Assembly: GCA_965227295.1 (NCBI GenBank)
Contig: OZ245742.1
Coordinates: 4,544,001 to 4,608,000 of the forward strand
Origin: Leptonemataceae bacterium
GTDB lineage: Bacteria > Spirochaetota > Leptospiria > Leptospirales > Leptonemataceae
Reading direction: 5' to 3'
Length of the DNA: 64,000 nucleotides
The notes below the pieces were generated by a model. It was given only the letters and a program-made list of their open reading frames with translations, was not told where the DNA came from and searched no databases. Every line of letters starts with the position of its first letter. Position 1 is the stretch's first letter. Shown here in pieces: positions 47,310 to 58,458 of this stretch. The position numbers and the translations under genes were made by a program.

Positions 47310-47897
47310 ATGAATGATTCTGACATCGATCTCCAGTACGACGCGGTTCTGCGCCGCTACGCCGAGGAGCGCCGCAGGGGCGAGGCCCTGAGCGTGGGCG
47401 GCTGGGTCCTGCTCCTCGCCGTGGCCGGCGCCGGCCTGGGTGGCCTGTTTCTCCTCGTCCACGGTCTGCGCGACGGCAGTCCCCTCCTGGTCCTGGCCGA
47501 TTTTGCCCTGCTGGGCACGCTCTTCGTCGGCCTGGTCTTTATTGTGAAGTCCCTCGTCGCCTACCCGGCGGATCGCCAGGTCCTCACCCTCGGCGGAGCC
47601 CGGGGCGGAGAACGTGTGGTCCGCGAGTTTTCCCAGGCCCTGCACGCCCGCGGCCGCACCAACCGGGAGCGCCGCTTTGATCTCATGATTGCCGGCTGGT
47701 CCCTGGCCGTCGCCGTGTTCTTCGGCACCGTCGCCGTCCTCGCCCACTTCGGCCCGACGTCCAATCCCGGTCCCGTGGCCCGCGAGTACCGCGAACGTCC
47801 GGCACCGCGGGCTCCGGTTAAACCGGCGGCGGAGCTGGAACTGGAATCGGTGGGCCCCGTCGAAACGTTTCAATTCGAAGATCGCAACCTGCGATGA
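47310..47897 (+). CDS. Membrane hypothetical protein
   Basis: Three predicted TM segments. Confidence 0.65.
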   Translation: MNDSDIDLQYDAVLRRYAEERRRGEALSVGGWVLLLAVAGAGLGGLFLLVHGLRDGSPLLVLADFALLGTLFVGLVFIVKSLVAYPADRQVLTLGGARGGERVVREFSQALHARGRTNRERRFDLMIAGWSLAVAVFFGTVAVLAHFGPTSNPGPVAREYRERPAPRAPVKPAAELELESVGPVETFQFEDRNLR

Positions 47898-48117
47898 TAA
47901 ACTCCGCCCCGCCTGAGAATGCAGGAACTCCTACAATTCGATCTTGCAATAGTTTCCAAAACTCTTCGCGCCGGGACGACCGCTGCCGAAGGCGGCGGGG
48001 GAGCCCAAACAGATTTTGTAAGAGTTCCTACATTTTGATTCGGGCCGGTCGCGGGCCGGAGATATCTATTGACCCGCTCCGGTTTCCTATGAATCTGGTA
48101 GACATTCTGATTCTGGC

Positions 48118-49110
48118 ATGGGCATTTTTCAAGACAACACGCTGGCCATCGGCCGCACGCCGCTGGTCCGGTTGAATCGCATCACCGAGGGCGCGAGAGC
48201 GACCGTGCTCGCGAAGGTCGAAGGGCGAAACCCGGCCTATTCAGTGAAGTGCCGCATCGGCGCAGCGATGATCTGGGACGCGGAAAAGCGCGGGCAGCTC
48301 AAGCCGGGCATGGAAATCGTCGAGCCCACCTCGGGCAACACCGGCATTGCCCTGGCCTTCGTGGCGGCGGCGCGGGGCTATGCACTCACGCTGACCATGC
48401 CGGAAAGCATGTCCATCGAACGGCGCAAGGTGCTCAAGGCCTTCGGTGCGAAGCTGGTGCTCACCGAGGCCGCGCGGGGCATGTCCGGCGCCATCCGGGC
48501 CGCGGAGGATCTCTGCCGCGAAGAGCCCGAGCGTTACTTCATGCCGCAGCAGTTCGACAATCCCGCCAATCCGCGCATTCACGAGACCACCACCGGCCCG
48601 GAGATCTGGGACGATACGGACGGCCAGGTCGATGTACTCGTGGCCGGCGTGGGGACCGGGGGGACCATCACCGGGCTCTCCCGCTTCTTCAAGAACACAA
48701 AACAGCGCCCGATCGAATCCGTGGCGGTAGAACCCGAGGCCTCGCCCGTCATTACCCAGACCCGGAACGGAGAACCCATGCGCCCGGGCCCGCACAAGAT
48801 TCAGGGCATCGGCGCAGGATTTCTGCCGGCCATCCTGGACGTGGATCTGATTGACCGGGTCGAGCTGGTCAGCGACGAAGAGGCCATCGTCATGGCCCGG
48901 CGCCTGGCCTCCGAGGAAGGCATCCTCTCCGGCATCTCCTGCGGGGCCGCGGTGACTGCGGCGCTGCGCCTGGCCTGTGATCCGGCCTATGCCGGCAAAA
49001 CCATCGTCGTCATCCTGCCCGACGCCGGGGAGCGTTATCTCACCACGGACCTCTACGACGCCACCTACGCCAGTCTGGAAACCGCCGGAGCCTCCCGGCA
49101 CACACTCTGA
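48118..49110 (+). CDS. cysK: Cysteine synthase A
   Basis: [37 protein letters not shown]. Confidence 0.96.
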   Translation: MGIFQDNTLAIGRTPLVRLNRITEGARATVLAKVEGRNPAYSVKCRIGAAMIWDAEKRGQLKPGMEIVEPTSGNTGIALAFVAAARGYALTLTMPESMSIERRKVLKAFGAKLVLTEAARGMSGAIRAAEDLCREEPERYFMPQQFDNPANPRIHETTTGPEIWDDTDGQVDVLVAGVGTGGTITGLSRFFKNTKQRPIESVAVEPEASPVITQTRNGEPMRPGPHKIQGIGAGFLPAILDVDLIDRVELVSDEEAIVMARRLASEEGILSGISCGAAVTAALRLACDPAYAGKTIVVILPDAGERYLTTDLYDATYASLETAGASRHTL

Positions 49111-49163
49111 AAACCGGCAATTGTGCTTTATATTTTCGCCCGTGGGTATACGAAGATAATACT

Positions 49164-50048
49164 ATGCCGCTTTTTCCGGCCGTATCGCCCGTCCTGGTCC
49201 GCTCCGAGGACGACATCCGCGAATGTCTGCGGGAGACCGAGCTCAGACTGCCGGCCCCCCTTTTAAACGAGTACATCGCGTATCTGGAACGCATCGAGGA
49301 CGGCGGCGTAAAGCTCGGTTCCTTCGGGCGCTGGTATCTGCACCAGTACTGCCTGAACGGCGGTTTCCTCCAGGCAACGTTCCAGTACGACGGCAAGGCC
49401 GTCTTCACCTTCGGCGCCGAGATCGTCCCATGGGAATCCGCGGACGTCCCCTTGCTCCCGGATTCCCTCATTGAAGAAGGCCCGGGCGCCCTGACCCTGG
49501 TCTACCGCGAACTGCGGCACCGGGACCACCGCCTGAATATCGAGGTGGTCCTGCCGGCAAAGCTCTCGAAGACCGGGCAAAACCTTCTCGACCACGAGAT
49601 CCTGCCCTTCGCGCGGAACTTCTTTTTTTACCAGCCCGGCCTCGGCGATCCGCGACACATCGATCACCTGGACGTCCTCGATCAGAGCGCCCTGGAAATT
49701 CTCACCGAACACGTAAAGCACGGACGGCACGTAACTGTCAGTCACTTTAAGTTTCAGGATTTGCACATTTACCTGGAGATGTCGGGCGAACACCGGACGC
49801 GGGATCTCATGTCCGCCATCATCGAGTACATCCTTTCGAACTTAAAGTACGCCGACATGCTCGTACAGATCTCGCCGCTTTCGTACATCGTGCTTTCGCC
49901 GGGTGCCAACGAGGAGCAGATCCTCGAACGTTTTAAGAACATATACTTTCAGGTGCGCAGTCTCGTGCTGGAGTACGAAATCCATCTCACCACCGTACGC
50001 AAGCTGCCCATTCGTCTTCCGGAAATCTGGCGGGAGCTGAAGCTCTGA
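49164..50048 (+). CDS. Hypothetical protein
   Basis: 294-aa ORF ending 2 nt before the argH start. Confidence 0.75.
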   Translation: MPLFPAVSPVLVRSEDDIRECLRETELRLPAPLLNEYIAYLERIEDGGVKLGSFGRWYLHQYCLNGGFLQATFQYDGKAVFTFGAEIVPWESADVPLLPDSLIEEGPGALTLVYRELRHRDHRLNIEVVLPAKLSKTGQNLLDHEILPFARNFFFYQPGLGDPRHIDHLDVLDQSALEILTEHVKHGRHVTVSHFKFQDLHIYLEMSGEHRTRDLMSAIIEYILSNLKYADMLVQISPLSYIVLSPGANEEQILERFKNIYFQVRSLVLEYEIHLTTVRKLPIRLPEIWRELKL

Positions 50049-50050
50049 GC

Positions 50051-51493
50051 ATGGGCACAGGCAACTCCCAGCTCTGGGCCGGCCGCTCCTCCGGCGGTGT
50101 GGCGGACATCATGGTCCGCATGGGCGAATCGATCTTCCTGGACGTGGAACTCTTTCGCGAGGACATTCGCGGCTCGGTGGCCCACGCGCGCATGTTGCAA
50201 CGCATCGGCGTACTCTCCGCGGAAGATCTGCGCAACATCGAAGACGGACTGCGTAAAATTCGCGCGGAAATCGAAGCGGGGGAATTGCAGCTCCGGCCGG
50301 AACTCGAAGACATCCATACGCACGTGGAGAACCGGCTCACCGAACTCATCGGAGACGCCGGCAAACGCCTGCACACGGCGCGCTCGCGCAACGACCAGGT
50401 GGCCGTTGACACGCATCTCTTTGTACGCCGCGCCGCCGCCGAAGCCGGCACTGCGCTCTTAGCTTTATGCGAAGCGCTCTTAGCGCGTGCAAAACAGGAG
50501 ATCGAAGCCGGCACGGTGCTGCCCGGTTATACGCATCTCCAGGTGGCGCAACCGGTGTATCTCGGTCATCACCTGCTCGCGCATTTCTGGTCCTTTTCCC
50601 GGGACATCGAACGCTTCGCCCGGGCGAACGAAACGGCTCTGCGTCTGCCCCTGGGCTCCGGCGCCATGGCGGGTGTGAACTACGGGACCGACCGTGAGTT
50701 TCTGCGCCAGGAACTGGGCTTCCGTTCGATCTACGAAAACTCCATGGACGCCGTCTCCACCCGGGACCACATTCTGGACTTTCTGTTTGCGGCGGCGGGT
50801 TTCTTTGCCCACGCTTCGCGCATCTCCGAGGAACTGATCCTCTGGAACTCGGTGGAGTTCGGTTTTCTTTCGCTGCCGGATGAGTTGACCACGGGCTCGT
50901 CGATCATGCCGCAAAAGAAGAACCCGGACCTGGCCGAACTCAGCCGCGGCAAAAGCGGCCGGGTCACGGCGAACTTAATGAACGTTCTTGTGAACTTAAA
51001 GTCCCTGCCCCTTACGTACAATCGTGATCTGCAGGAAGATCGTTTTCCCCTGCTGGACTCGCATCGTCAGACTCACCTGGCCTTAGAAGCGCTCACGGCC
51101 ATGACGGCCGGCGCGGAGTTTCACCGCGAGCGCATGAGCGCTTCCCTGGAGCGAGGTTTCGCTACCGCCACGGACCTGGCCGACGCCCTGGTCGCCGAAA
51201 AGAACGTGCCCTTTCGCGAAGCCCATCATTTCGTGGGCGCACTTGTCCGACTTTGCTCCGACAACGGGGCAACCCTCGCCAACGTCGCCGCCGCGGAACG
51301 CGCGAAGATCAGCGAACACTTCGCGGACGAAGAGTTCTACCGGCGCGCCGTGGACCTGAACGCCAGCGCGGATAAAAAGATCAGCCGCGGCGGCACGGCC
51401 CGCACGGCGCTTGAGTTTCAGCTGGACGAAGCGGATCATCTCGTGCAAAGGTGGCGCGACTTCGCCTGGCACACGCCGGATCTGAATTTCTAA
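50051..51493 (+). CDS. argH: Argininosuccinate lyase
   Basis: LHTARSRNDQV, GYTHLQVAQP, GSSIMPQKKNPD. Confidence 0.97.
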   Translation: MGTGNSQLWAGRSSGGVADIMVRMGESIFLDVELFREDIRGSVAHARMLQRIGVLSAEDLRNIEDGLRKIRAEIEAGELQLRPELEDIHTHVENRLTELIGDAGKRLHTARSRNDQVAVDTHLFVRRAAAEAGTALLALCEALLARAKQEIEAGTVLPGYTHLQVAQPVYLGHHLLAHFWSFSRDIERFARANETALRLPLGSGAMAGVNYGTDREFLRQELGFRSIYENSMDAVSTRDHILDFLFAAAGFFAHASRISEELILWNSVEFGFLSLPDELTTGSSIMPQKKNPDLAELSRGKSGRVTANLMNVLVNLKSLPLTYNRDLQEDRFPLLDSHRQTHLALEALTAMTAGAEFHRERMSASLERGFATATDLADALVAEKNVPFREAHHFVGALVRLCSDNGATLANVAAAERAKISEHFADEEFYRRAVDLNASADKKISRGGTARTALEFQLDEADHLVQRWRDFAWHTPDLNF

Positions 51494-51502
51494 GAGAGTA
51501 TC

Positions 51503-52111
51503 GTGAAGCACGACGCGCTGACAGAAAAACTGAGCCACGAGTACAACCGTACGCTCCACGACCTGGCGAATGTCATTACGAACGAGCAGTTGCCCATGCT
51601 GCTCGGCGTCCTGGAACGCATCCCCGACGAGGCCGCCGATCTCCGCGCGCAGTTCGCGGCGGATCCGAACAACCTGCGCTATCCGAAGACCTGGTTGGAC
51701 TTCGTGCGTTTGTTGCGTTTCAGTCTGCTGCTCAAGGCTCCCCTCGCCGAACAGTACGACAATTTCGTGCAGGCCTACCAGGTTCTGAGTTCCCGGTCGG
51801 ATATGGGGCCCGACCAACAGAAGCTGCTCGGTGAGATCGGCGACCTTATGTACAACATCGACGACCTGGCCGGCGATCACGAACGCCTGGCCGTGAAGAT
51901 CATCACCGAACTCTCCCGGGACCTCAAAGAAACCTACGGCATGTTAATGGAACCGCGGCATACGCTGTTCTCCGAAACGGTGCATGAAGATCATGTATTT
52001 CGCCTGGCGCCGTTGATCAAAGACCTGCTGCGTTTGTGCGAAGGCATGATGAAGCAGCTCGGTGTGATGAAGGCGTTGTTACGAATGCGGAAGTTGATTG
52101 TGGGGTTGTAG
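51503..52111 (+). CDS. Hypothetical helical protein
   Basis: 202-aa ORF downstream of argH. Confidence 0.7.
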   Translation: MKHDALTEKLSHEYNRTLHDLANVITNEQLPMLLGVLERIPDEAADLRAQFAADPNNLRYPKTWLDFVRLLRFSLLLKAPLAEQYDNFVQAYQVLSSRSDMGPDQQKLLGEIGDLMYNIDDLAGDHERLAVKIITELSRDLKETYGMLMEPRHTLFSETVHEDHVFRLAPLIKDLLRLCEGMMKQLGVMKALLRMRKLIVGL

Positions 52112-52404
52112 GATTCGTATACGACTTTGTGGAAGGTTGTATCGTACTGGCCGTTGCAGAAATTGAGAAGAAAGAACGAGAGATAGAAAACGCTAAGACT
52201 GGAAAGAGTCGGAAGAAAACTGCCTGACTTTTTGGGCGCCTCGGCGCTACGCGCCGACCGGGCTTTCCAGGGCTCCGCCTTCGGCTCCGGTCCCCGCTTC
52301 GCGGCGACTCGCGACTTCGTCGCGACCACCCTGGCGCAAGAAATAAGAAAGCCTCGTTTCCCGCTGCTCCCTACTCCAACCCCGGCCCGAAAACCCGGCC
52401 GGCC

Positions 52405-53274
52405 CTACAACACCGCTCGCCGCAACACGGTCTCCGTCCCCGCGAATTCTTCCAGCAACATCTCCTCGATCACCCGCAGCTCCGGCAAGATCGCCGGCCC
52501 CTCCGCGCTGAGTTCCAGCAAACGAAAGCGCGGTACCGGTGCCCGTACCAGACCGCCGTCCCGGGCGACCAGCATGCCCACGGGGACGCTCTGTGCTAAC
52601 TTACGATTTGCAGCGGCTAAGATTCGGCCAAACATATCCGGCCCTCCGGAGCGCGCGGCCGGCAACGCCGCAAGGCCCGTCCGCAGTTCGAATAACGATC
52701 CCGCCGCCTGTCCCGCCGCATCCTGCGAAAACGGACACACATCCCGCAACCGCTGCGTCAAGAACCGAAACAATCGCGTGCTCGCCTCATCCCACGCAAG
52801 CCCCGCACCTTCCACTAACAACCAGCGTTCCGCGCTCAATCGCGCATCGAATGCGTCGGCGCCGATCATGCTGCGCTGCTGCACGCTCTCGCGATGCCGA
52901 CGGACCACCGCCTCCAGGCGATGCAACAACTCCCGGCCGAAGAACGGCTTCGTTACGAAATCATCGAGACCGGTTTCGAAACCCGTCACCCGCGCGTCGG
53001 GCGTATCGTGGGCGGTCAGCAATAACACCGGCAAACGCGCCGTTCGGCGCGCGGCTCGCAATTGTGCGAGTACCTGAAAGCCGCTCCGGTCCGGCATGTC
53101 CAGATCCAGCAAAACGGCGTCCGGTTCCAGGCGGCGCAGAAACCGAAACGCCAGGTTCGGGCGATGGCAGAGAAAGGTCTCGCAACCGCAGGCCCCCAGA
53201 ACCGCGGCGGTGTTTTCGAGGAATTCCACGTCGTCGTCGACGAGTGCGATGCTTAACTTACGTTGAGTTGACAT
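52405..53274 (-). CDS. Response regulator (receiver domain plus unidentified output domain)
   Basis: LVDDD, LLDLDMP, LTA, DDFVTKPF. Confidence 0.85.
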   Translation of the reverse strand: MSTQRKLSIALVDDDVEFLENTAAVLGACGCETFLCHRPNLAFRFLRRLEPDAVLLDLDMPDRSGFQVLAQLRAARRTARLPVLLLTAHDTPDARVTGFETGLDDFVTKPFFGRELLHRLEAVVRRHRESVQQRSMIGADAFDARLSAERWLLVEGAGLAWDEASTRLFRFLTQRLRDVCPFSQDAAGQAAGSLFELRTGLAALPAARSGGPDMFGRILAAANRKLAQSVPVGMLVARDGGLVRAPVPRFRLLELSAEGPAILPELRVIEEMLLEEFAGTETVLRRAVL

Positions 53275-53286
53275 GAACGCGGACGC

Positions 53287-53994
53287 TCAGGCCAGAGACT
53301 CAAGGGCATGCAGGGCCAGGTCCAGCACCTTAATGCGCGCGAAACGTTTATCGTTCGCCTCTACAAGATGCCACGGTGCATGATCACGATGCGTACGTTC
53401 GATCATCTCTTCCACGGCCGCGGCGTACTGCGGCCACTTCTCGCGATTGCGCAGATCTTCTTCGGTCAGCTTCCACTGCTTGAGCGGAGACTTCGCCCGC
53501 TCTTCGAAGCGCTGGAGTTGTTCGTTCTGATCAATGTGCAACCAGAACTTCGCCACGGCGAAACCGGCCTCGTGCCAGGAACGTTCCATGTCCGCGATTT
53601 CACGATAAGCGCGGCGCCAGGCATCCTCCGGGGCGAATCCCTCCACGCGCTCCACCAGCACGCGCCCGTACCAGGAGCGATCGAAGATCGCAATGCGCCC
53701 GGGAGCCGGCAATCGGTTCCAGAAACGCCAGAGATAATGATGACGTTTTTCCCGCGGTGACGGAGCGCCGATGGGAATCACTCGAAACAGTTCCGGCGGC
53801 AGCGCCCCCGTGAGCCGGCGGATGGCCCCGCCCTTGCCGGCGGCATCCTTGCCCTCGAAGACCAAAATCGCCGTACGCCGGCGTTCGTAAACACGCACTG
53901 CCGCTTTCGCCAGGTCCTTCTGCAATTCTTTCAGCCGCTTTCGATAGACCTCGTCTTCGAGGCTCATGCTCAGGTCCAGGGAGTCCAGCAGCAT
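53287..53994 (-). CDS. ppk2: Polyphosphate kinase 2
   Basis: FEGKDAAGKGG, FDRSWYGRVLVERVEG. Confidence 0.93.
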   Translation of the reverse strand: MLLDSLDLSMSLEDEVYRKRLKELQKDLAKAAVRVYERRRTAILVFEGKDAAGKGGAIRRLTGALPPELFRVIPIGAPSPREKRHHYLWRFWNRLPAPGRIAIFDRSWYGRVLVERVEGFAPEDAWRRAYREIADMERSWHEAGFAVAKFWLHIDQNEQLQRFEERAKSPLKQWKLTEEDLRNREKWPQYAAAVEEMIERTHRDHAPWHLVEANDKRFARIKVLDLALHALESLA

Positions 53995-54788
53995 CAGGCG
54001 TCCTCCGTAACTTCTGTCGACGGAACGTTAGCAGGCTTCGTTTTTCCGCTTGCGCCGGCTTTGCGCATGCGGCGCAGCAGGTCCATGGCCTCGTCGAAGT
54101 CCGCGACCAGGCGACGGGAATCCAGGGAGAGCCGCTCTTCCATGCGTGCGATGATGTAGTCAAAGACCGCACCGGCGATTTCTTTGCCGCTGCCCTCGTC
54201 GGGCACGAACCAGGGAGCCACGGCGGTGTCCGTTTTCTTTGCCGTGGAGCGCAGGGCCTTTTTGTAATCGTCGAAGTGCTTCAGCAATCGTTTGGCACGC
54301 TGTTTGCTGAGCGATCGGCGGATGACGTGTTTCTCGTCTTTCTTAAGTTCCTTTTCGAGATCCTTACGCCGCCGGGGGATGCGAACCTTGATCACCAGGT
54401 AACCGTTATCGTCCAGGGAGCGCTCGAAGTCGTTCACGATGTCGATGAGCTGCCGCCGCTGCTTCTTGCCCAGGCGATCGTGGACGATGCCCGCCGCCAG
54501 ATCGTGATAGTAGGCGCCGTCGAAGACGGCCAGATCGCCCAGCGCGGGGAGATCGCACCAGTACTTGTGCAGGAAAGCACGGTCGCGATCCCGCGGGGCG
54601 GCGTTGTCCGGAAAATGGTGGACCGTGAAATGCCGCGGGTCCAGAATTCGCGACAACCGCGTGATCGTATGCAGGATGCCGGTGATGCCGACGCCCTCGA
54701 AGATGAGCACCACGCCGAGGCCGCGCTCCGCCGCCTCGCGAAACAAGAGGGCGACGCGGTCTTTCTGCTCGAGAGAGGCGCTTTTCAA
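53994..54788 (-). CDS. Degenerate PPK2-like protein
   Basis: LIFEG...LDPRHF...FLHKYW...VFDGAYY...FERSL, with Walker A lost. Confidence 0.75.
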   Translation of the reverse strand: MKSASLEQKDRVALLFREAAERGLGVVLIFEGVGITGILHTITRLSRILDPRHFTVHHFPDNAAPRDRDRAFLHKYWCDLPALGDLAVFDGAYYHDLAAGIVHDRLGKKQRRQLIDIVNDFERSLDDNGYLVIKVRIPRRRKDLEKELKKDEKHVIRRSLSKQRAKRLLKHFDDYKKALRSTAKKTDTAVAPWFVPDEGSGKEIAGAVFDYIIARMEERLSLDSRRLVADFDEAMDLLRRMRKAGASGKTKPANVPSTEVTEDA

Positions 54789-54932
54789 CTTAGGGGTCCT
54801 GAGGGAAAGATTGACTCCGAGGACCGAGGGTACGAGGAAAGAAACGGGAGAGTGATCATACTTTGCACGCGATCAGGCTAAAATTACTCTCCGGAAAAAT
54901 CTCGGTACCTCGGTCCTCGTTGTAAAAATTCT

Positions 54933-56354
54933 TCAACTCTTCCGCGAACGACGCCGGCCTCGGCTCCGGTTGCCGCCGCTCTGACGGTTGCCGCCACGGT
55001 TGCCGCCGCGACGAACCGGGAAGAGACTCACGATCTTATGCGTTTCCGGCGGACGCTCCCGCGGCCCGATCTCCCAGAACATGGCCTTCTGAATGTCCTC
55101 GTCGTTTTCTTCGGCCAGAGAGTTGATCTTAAACACCATGAAAGCTTCGTAAAAGAACACCTTCTTGCGAAAGACTTCCGGCTTGAAGCGGCGCGTGCGT
55201 TCGGTTTGATGAAAGCGGCCCTGGGCCATGAAGATCTGCACCAGACGATCACGGTCGGCGTTCGCCAGTTGCATGCGCGCACAGATGGGCAGGATCCGCG
55301 ACTTCACGTACTCCATGACGCGGTCGTGGCCGCCATCTTCGAAGACATCGCGCACCACGTCGGTCAGCAGCAGCGCCATGAAAATGTTCACGGTGAGTTC
55401 TTCGCGTTCGGTCAGCGTACGATCGGCGACGATCAGTCGTTTGCCGATGCCCGATTCGGTGAAGTCTCTCACTTTGCCGATGTCCGAAGCGGCGTGCCCT
55501 TCCGGAAACATGGCTTTGAACAGACCGCACTCGTCGAACGAGGCGAAGATGGTTGCCGACTTGCCCGTGCGAAAGATCTTCGCGTACTCATCGAGCAAAC
55601 GCGCGGGACTGGCTTTGGCGATTTCGCCCCGATTGCGTTTGATGGCCTTGAGTGTGCGCCCTTCGATTCTCATGCCCAGCAGACCCGCGAACTTTGCCGC
55701 GCGCAACATGCGCACCGGATCTTCTTTGTACGAGATGTCCGGATCGCCGATGACCGTAATGCGTTTGTTCTGGATATCGTCGAAGCCGCCGACGTAATCG
55801 ATGAGGCTCTCATTGCGCGGGTCGAAAAACAACGCATTCATGGAAAAATCCCGGCGCGCCGCATCTTCTCGCGGCGAGCCGTAGATGTTGTCCCGCTTGA
55901 GCATGTAGTCCTTGTCTTTGTCGTCCGACTCCAGGCGATGGGACGGCAGGCTGCGAAACGTGGCGACCTCGATGATCTTGCCGCCCTGGAAAATGACGTG
56001 CACGATCTTGAAGCGACGGCCGATGGAACGACTGTTCGAAAAGATTTTACGAATTTGCGTGGGGGTGGCCGTGGTAACGACGTCGAAGTCTTTGGGACGT
56101 TTGCCGAGCAGCATGTCGCGGACGCAGCCGCCGACGAGGTAGGAGCGATGACCGTGACGGTTCAGACGGTTGATGACCTTGAGCGCGTCCTGATCCATCT
56201 GTTCGCGGCGCAACTCATGGAACTCCCGGTAAATGCGTTTGCCTTCCGGGAAGCGCAACATTCCCTCAATCGTACGAGGGCCGGAAGAGAAAATCCGCAG
56301 GAATTTACGTAACATTTTTTGGGTATAGGTATCCTGTAGCGGCCCCTGCATCAA
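54933..56354 (-). CDS. pcnB: Poly(A) polymerase (start uncertain)
   Basis: LVGGCVRD, PKDFD, IGRRFKIVHV signature, RRDF, EDPVRMLRA. Confidence 0.9.
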   Translation of the reverse strand: MMQGPLQDTYTQKMLRKFLRIFSSGPRTIEGMLRFPEGKRIYREFHELRREQMDQDALKVINRLNRHGHRSYLVGGCVRDMLLGKRPKDFDVVTTATPTQIRKIFSNSRSIGRRFKIVHVIFQGGKIIEVATFRSLPSHRLESDDKDKDYMLKRDNIYGSPREDAARRDFSMNALFFDPRNESLIDYVGGFDDIQNKRITVIGDPDISYKEDPVRMLRAAKFAGLLGMRIEGRTLKAIKRNRGEIAKASPARLLDEYAKIFRTGKSATIFASFDECGLFKAMFPEGHAASDIGKVRDFTESGIGKRLIVADRTLTEREELTVNIFMALLLTDVVRDVFEDGGHDRVMEYVKSRILPICARMQLANADRDRLVQIFMAQGRFHQTERTRRFKPEVFRKKVFFYEAFMVFKINSLAEENDEDIQKAMFWEIGPRERPPETHKIVSLFPVRRGGNRGGNRQSGGNRSRGRRRSRKS

Positions 56355-56462
56355 GCGAAAATTGTACTACGAACAGCCGCCGCGCGCGGTGCATCCGGCG
56401 TCGTCCGGGCCGCGCAGGCACCGCCGAATTCTCGTTGCCGTGCGCGGAATCCGGGAAATTCT

Positions 56463-57443
56463 GTGAGCGTGCACTGGCGTGATCGCATCCGTCTCTTTCG
56501 AGACCGCTATCGCCGCCGCTTCGACCGTACCCGGAGCGGAGGCTGGCGCGGCCTGTCCGTCCTCATCTTTAAGGAGGATGCGGCCGACCATCCTGTGCGC
56601 TTGCGCATCAACTACTACGTCGTGGCATTCAGCGCCCTGCTCGTCCTGGGCATTCCCCTGGCCGGCGCCGTCCTGGTCATGCAGGAAAGCCTGACCGCCG
56701 CCGACGCCTCCCGCATGATCGAAAGCCGACGCTCGCTCCTGCATCTCATGCGCCTGCTCACGGAAGAGAAGGAGCAGCTGCTCCTGCGCGCCGCCGATCA
56801 CGTCGATCGCTTCGGCGAGCTCAGCCGCGCCGATGGAACCGTCCTGCGCACGGCCTCCCTGCCGGAGAACCTCGACGCCGTCGATCCCGATCCCGGCCTG
56901 GATCGTATGAACTACGACCTGGCGAAACTGGAGACCCTGCACCGGCGTTCCCGCCTGGTTTTACGTGACAACGCCTATCACTCTTTGCAGCTAGTCTGGA
57001 CGCGCATGTCCGTGCATCACGTCATGCCCCGGGGCCGGCCGCTTCCGGCGGGGGTCGGCTTTCTGACATCGATCTTCGGCAATCGGCCGAATCCCTTCGG
57101 CGTAACCTCCGAGGGCTCGCGGGAAACACACTCGGGCATCGACTTCGCGTCGGCGCCGGGTACGCCGCTCATCGCCACGGCCCCGGGCCTGGTCATCCGC
57201 GCCGTACGCGGCACGTCCCAGGGCTACGGCAAGCACATCCGCATCCATCACGGCTTCGGCTACACCACGCTCTACGGCCACTGCAAGGAACTGGCCGTGG
57301 ACACCGGCGAATTCGTGCGCCGCGGACAGGTCATCGGTTATCTCGGTCGCACCGGCCGCGCCACGGGCAACCACGTGCACTACGAGGTCCAACTCGGCAC
57401 GGACCTGGCAATCGATCCCATGGAGTACGTGCAGTTGAAGTAA
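56463..57443 (+). CDS. M23 family metallopeptidase
   Basis: HSGID, YGH, TGNHVHYEV. Confidence 0.92.
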   Translation: MSVHWRDRIRLFRDRYRRRFDRTRSGGWRGLSVLIFKEDAADHPVRLRINYYVVAFSALLVLGIPLAGAVLVMQESLTAADASRMIESRRSLLHLMRLLTEEKEQLLLRAADHVDRFGELSRADGTVLRTASLPENLDAVDPDPGLDRMNYDLAKLETLHRRSRLVLRDNAYHSLQLVWTRMSVHHVMPRGRPLPAGVGFLTSIFGNRPNPFGVTSEGSRETHSGIDFASAPGTPLIATAPGLVIRAVRGTSQGYGKHIRIHHGFGYTTLYGHCKELAVDTGEFVRRGQVIGYLGRTGRATGNHVHYEVQLGTDLAIDPMEYVQLK

Positions 57444-57717
57444 TCGAGGACGCCTCGACTATAAGTGCAGGTGAGTGTAAGTTAAGAATTTTTCGGGCGT
57501 CCCGGCGGCTACGCCGCCGGGACGCGAAGAGCTCTGGATACGGGACTCTTCGCGCCAGGGATGCGCAAGGTCGCGCGCCAGCGCGAGTCTTCGCGTAGCG
57601 AAGACCGAAGCGAAGCGGAGCCTGTAGCAGCCCGACCGCCGCGAAGCGGCGGGGGCGCCCAAAACATATGCACGCGATGCACTACTTTGTTTTCCGGGGC
57701 GAGTGGGAATAGATACT

Positions 57718-58458
57718 ATGCATAAAGTCACCATCATCGGCAGCGGGAATGCGTTCAACTCGAACGGCCGTGCCCACGCCTGTTACCTGCTGGAAAACGA
57801 CGCCGGCGAGGCGATGCTCCTGGACATCGGCGCAACGTCGCTGTATCGCCTGCAACAGGAAGGCACCGATCTCAATGCAATCCCGTTCTTACTGCTCACA
57901 CACTTTCACGGCGATCACATCGGCGGTCTGCCGTTCTTGTTGATCGAGCTGGACATCGTGCGGCAGCGAAAGAGCCCGCTTACGATCCTCGGGCCCGCCG
58001 GTGTTCAGGCGGCCTGCGAGGCGTTGATCGAGATCTGTTATCCCGGCTTCGATTTTCACTTTCCCATTGAATATCGCGAGGTACCGGCCCGCGGCACGAC
58101 CCGGGCCGGGGAGTTTCGCATCGAATCGTTTCCGATCACGCACAAAGATGAGAGCACCGGTTATAGAGTGAGCGGGTCGTCGGGAAAAACGTTCGCGTTC
58201 TCCGGGGATGCGGCCTTCGACGAACGCCTGGTAGAACTCGTGGACGGTGTGGACGTGGCAGCGATCGAACTCTCCATGGAAACGCAAAGCGATCCGCCGA
58301 CGAAACACGTGGCGCTGGACGAGGTCCGCGCGCGCCGCGACGAACTGCGACCGCGGCGCTTGATCTTCACGCACATCTACGACGATCTGGCGGCGAAAGT
58401 GGAACACGAGGGACTGGGGGAAGCGGCGTACGATGGGATGGTGGTGTCGTTCGACTAA
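57718..58458 (+). CDS. MBL-fold metallo-hydrolase (RNase Z/BN-like)
   Basis: THFHGDH, SGD, FTH. Confidence 0.9.
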   Translation: MHKVTIIGSGNAFNSNGRAHACYLLENDAGEAMLLDIGATSLYRLQQEGTDLNAIPFLLLTHFHGDHIGGLPFLLIELDIVRQRKSPLTILGPAGVQAACEALIEICYPGFDFHFPIEYREVPARGTTRAGEFRIESFPITHKDESTGYRVSGSSGKTFAFSGDAAFDERLVELVDGVDVAAIELSMETQSDPPTKHVALDEVRARRDELRPRRLIFTHIYDDLAAKVEHEGLGEAAYDGMVVSFD

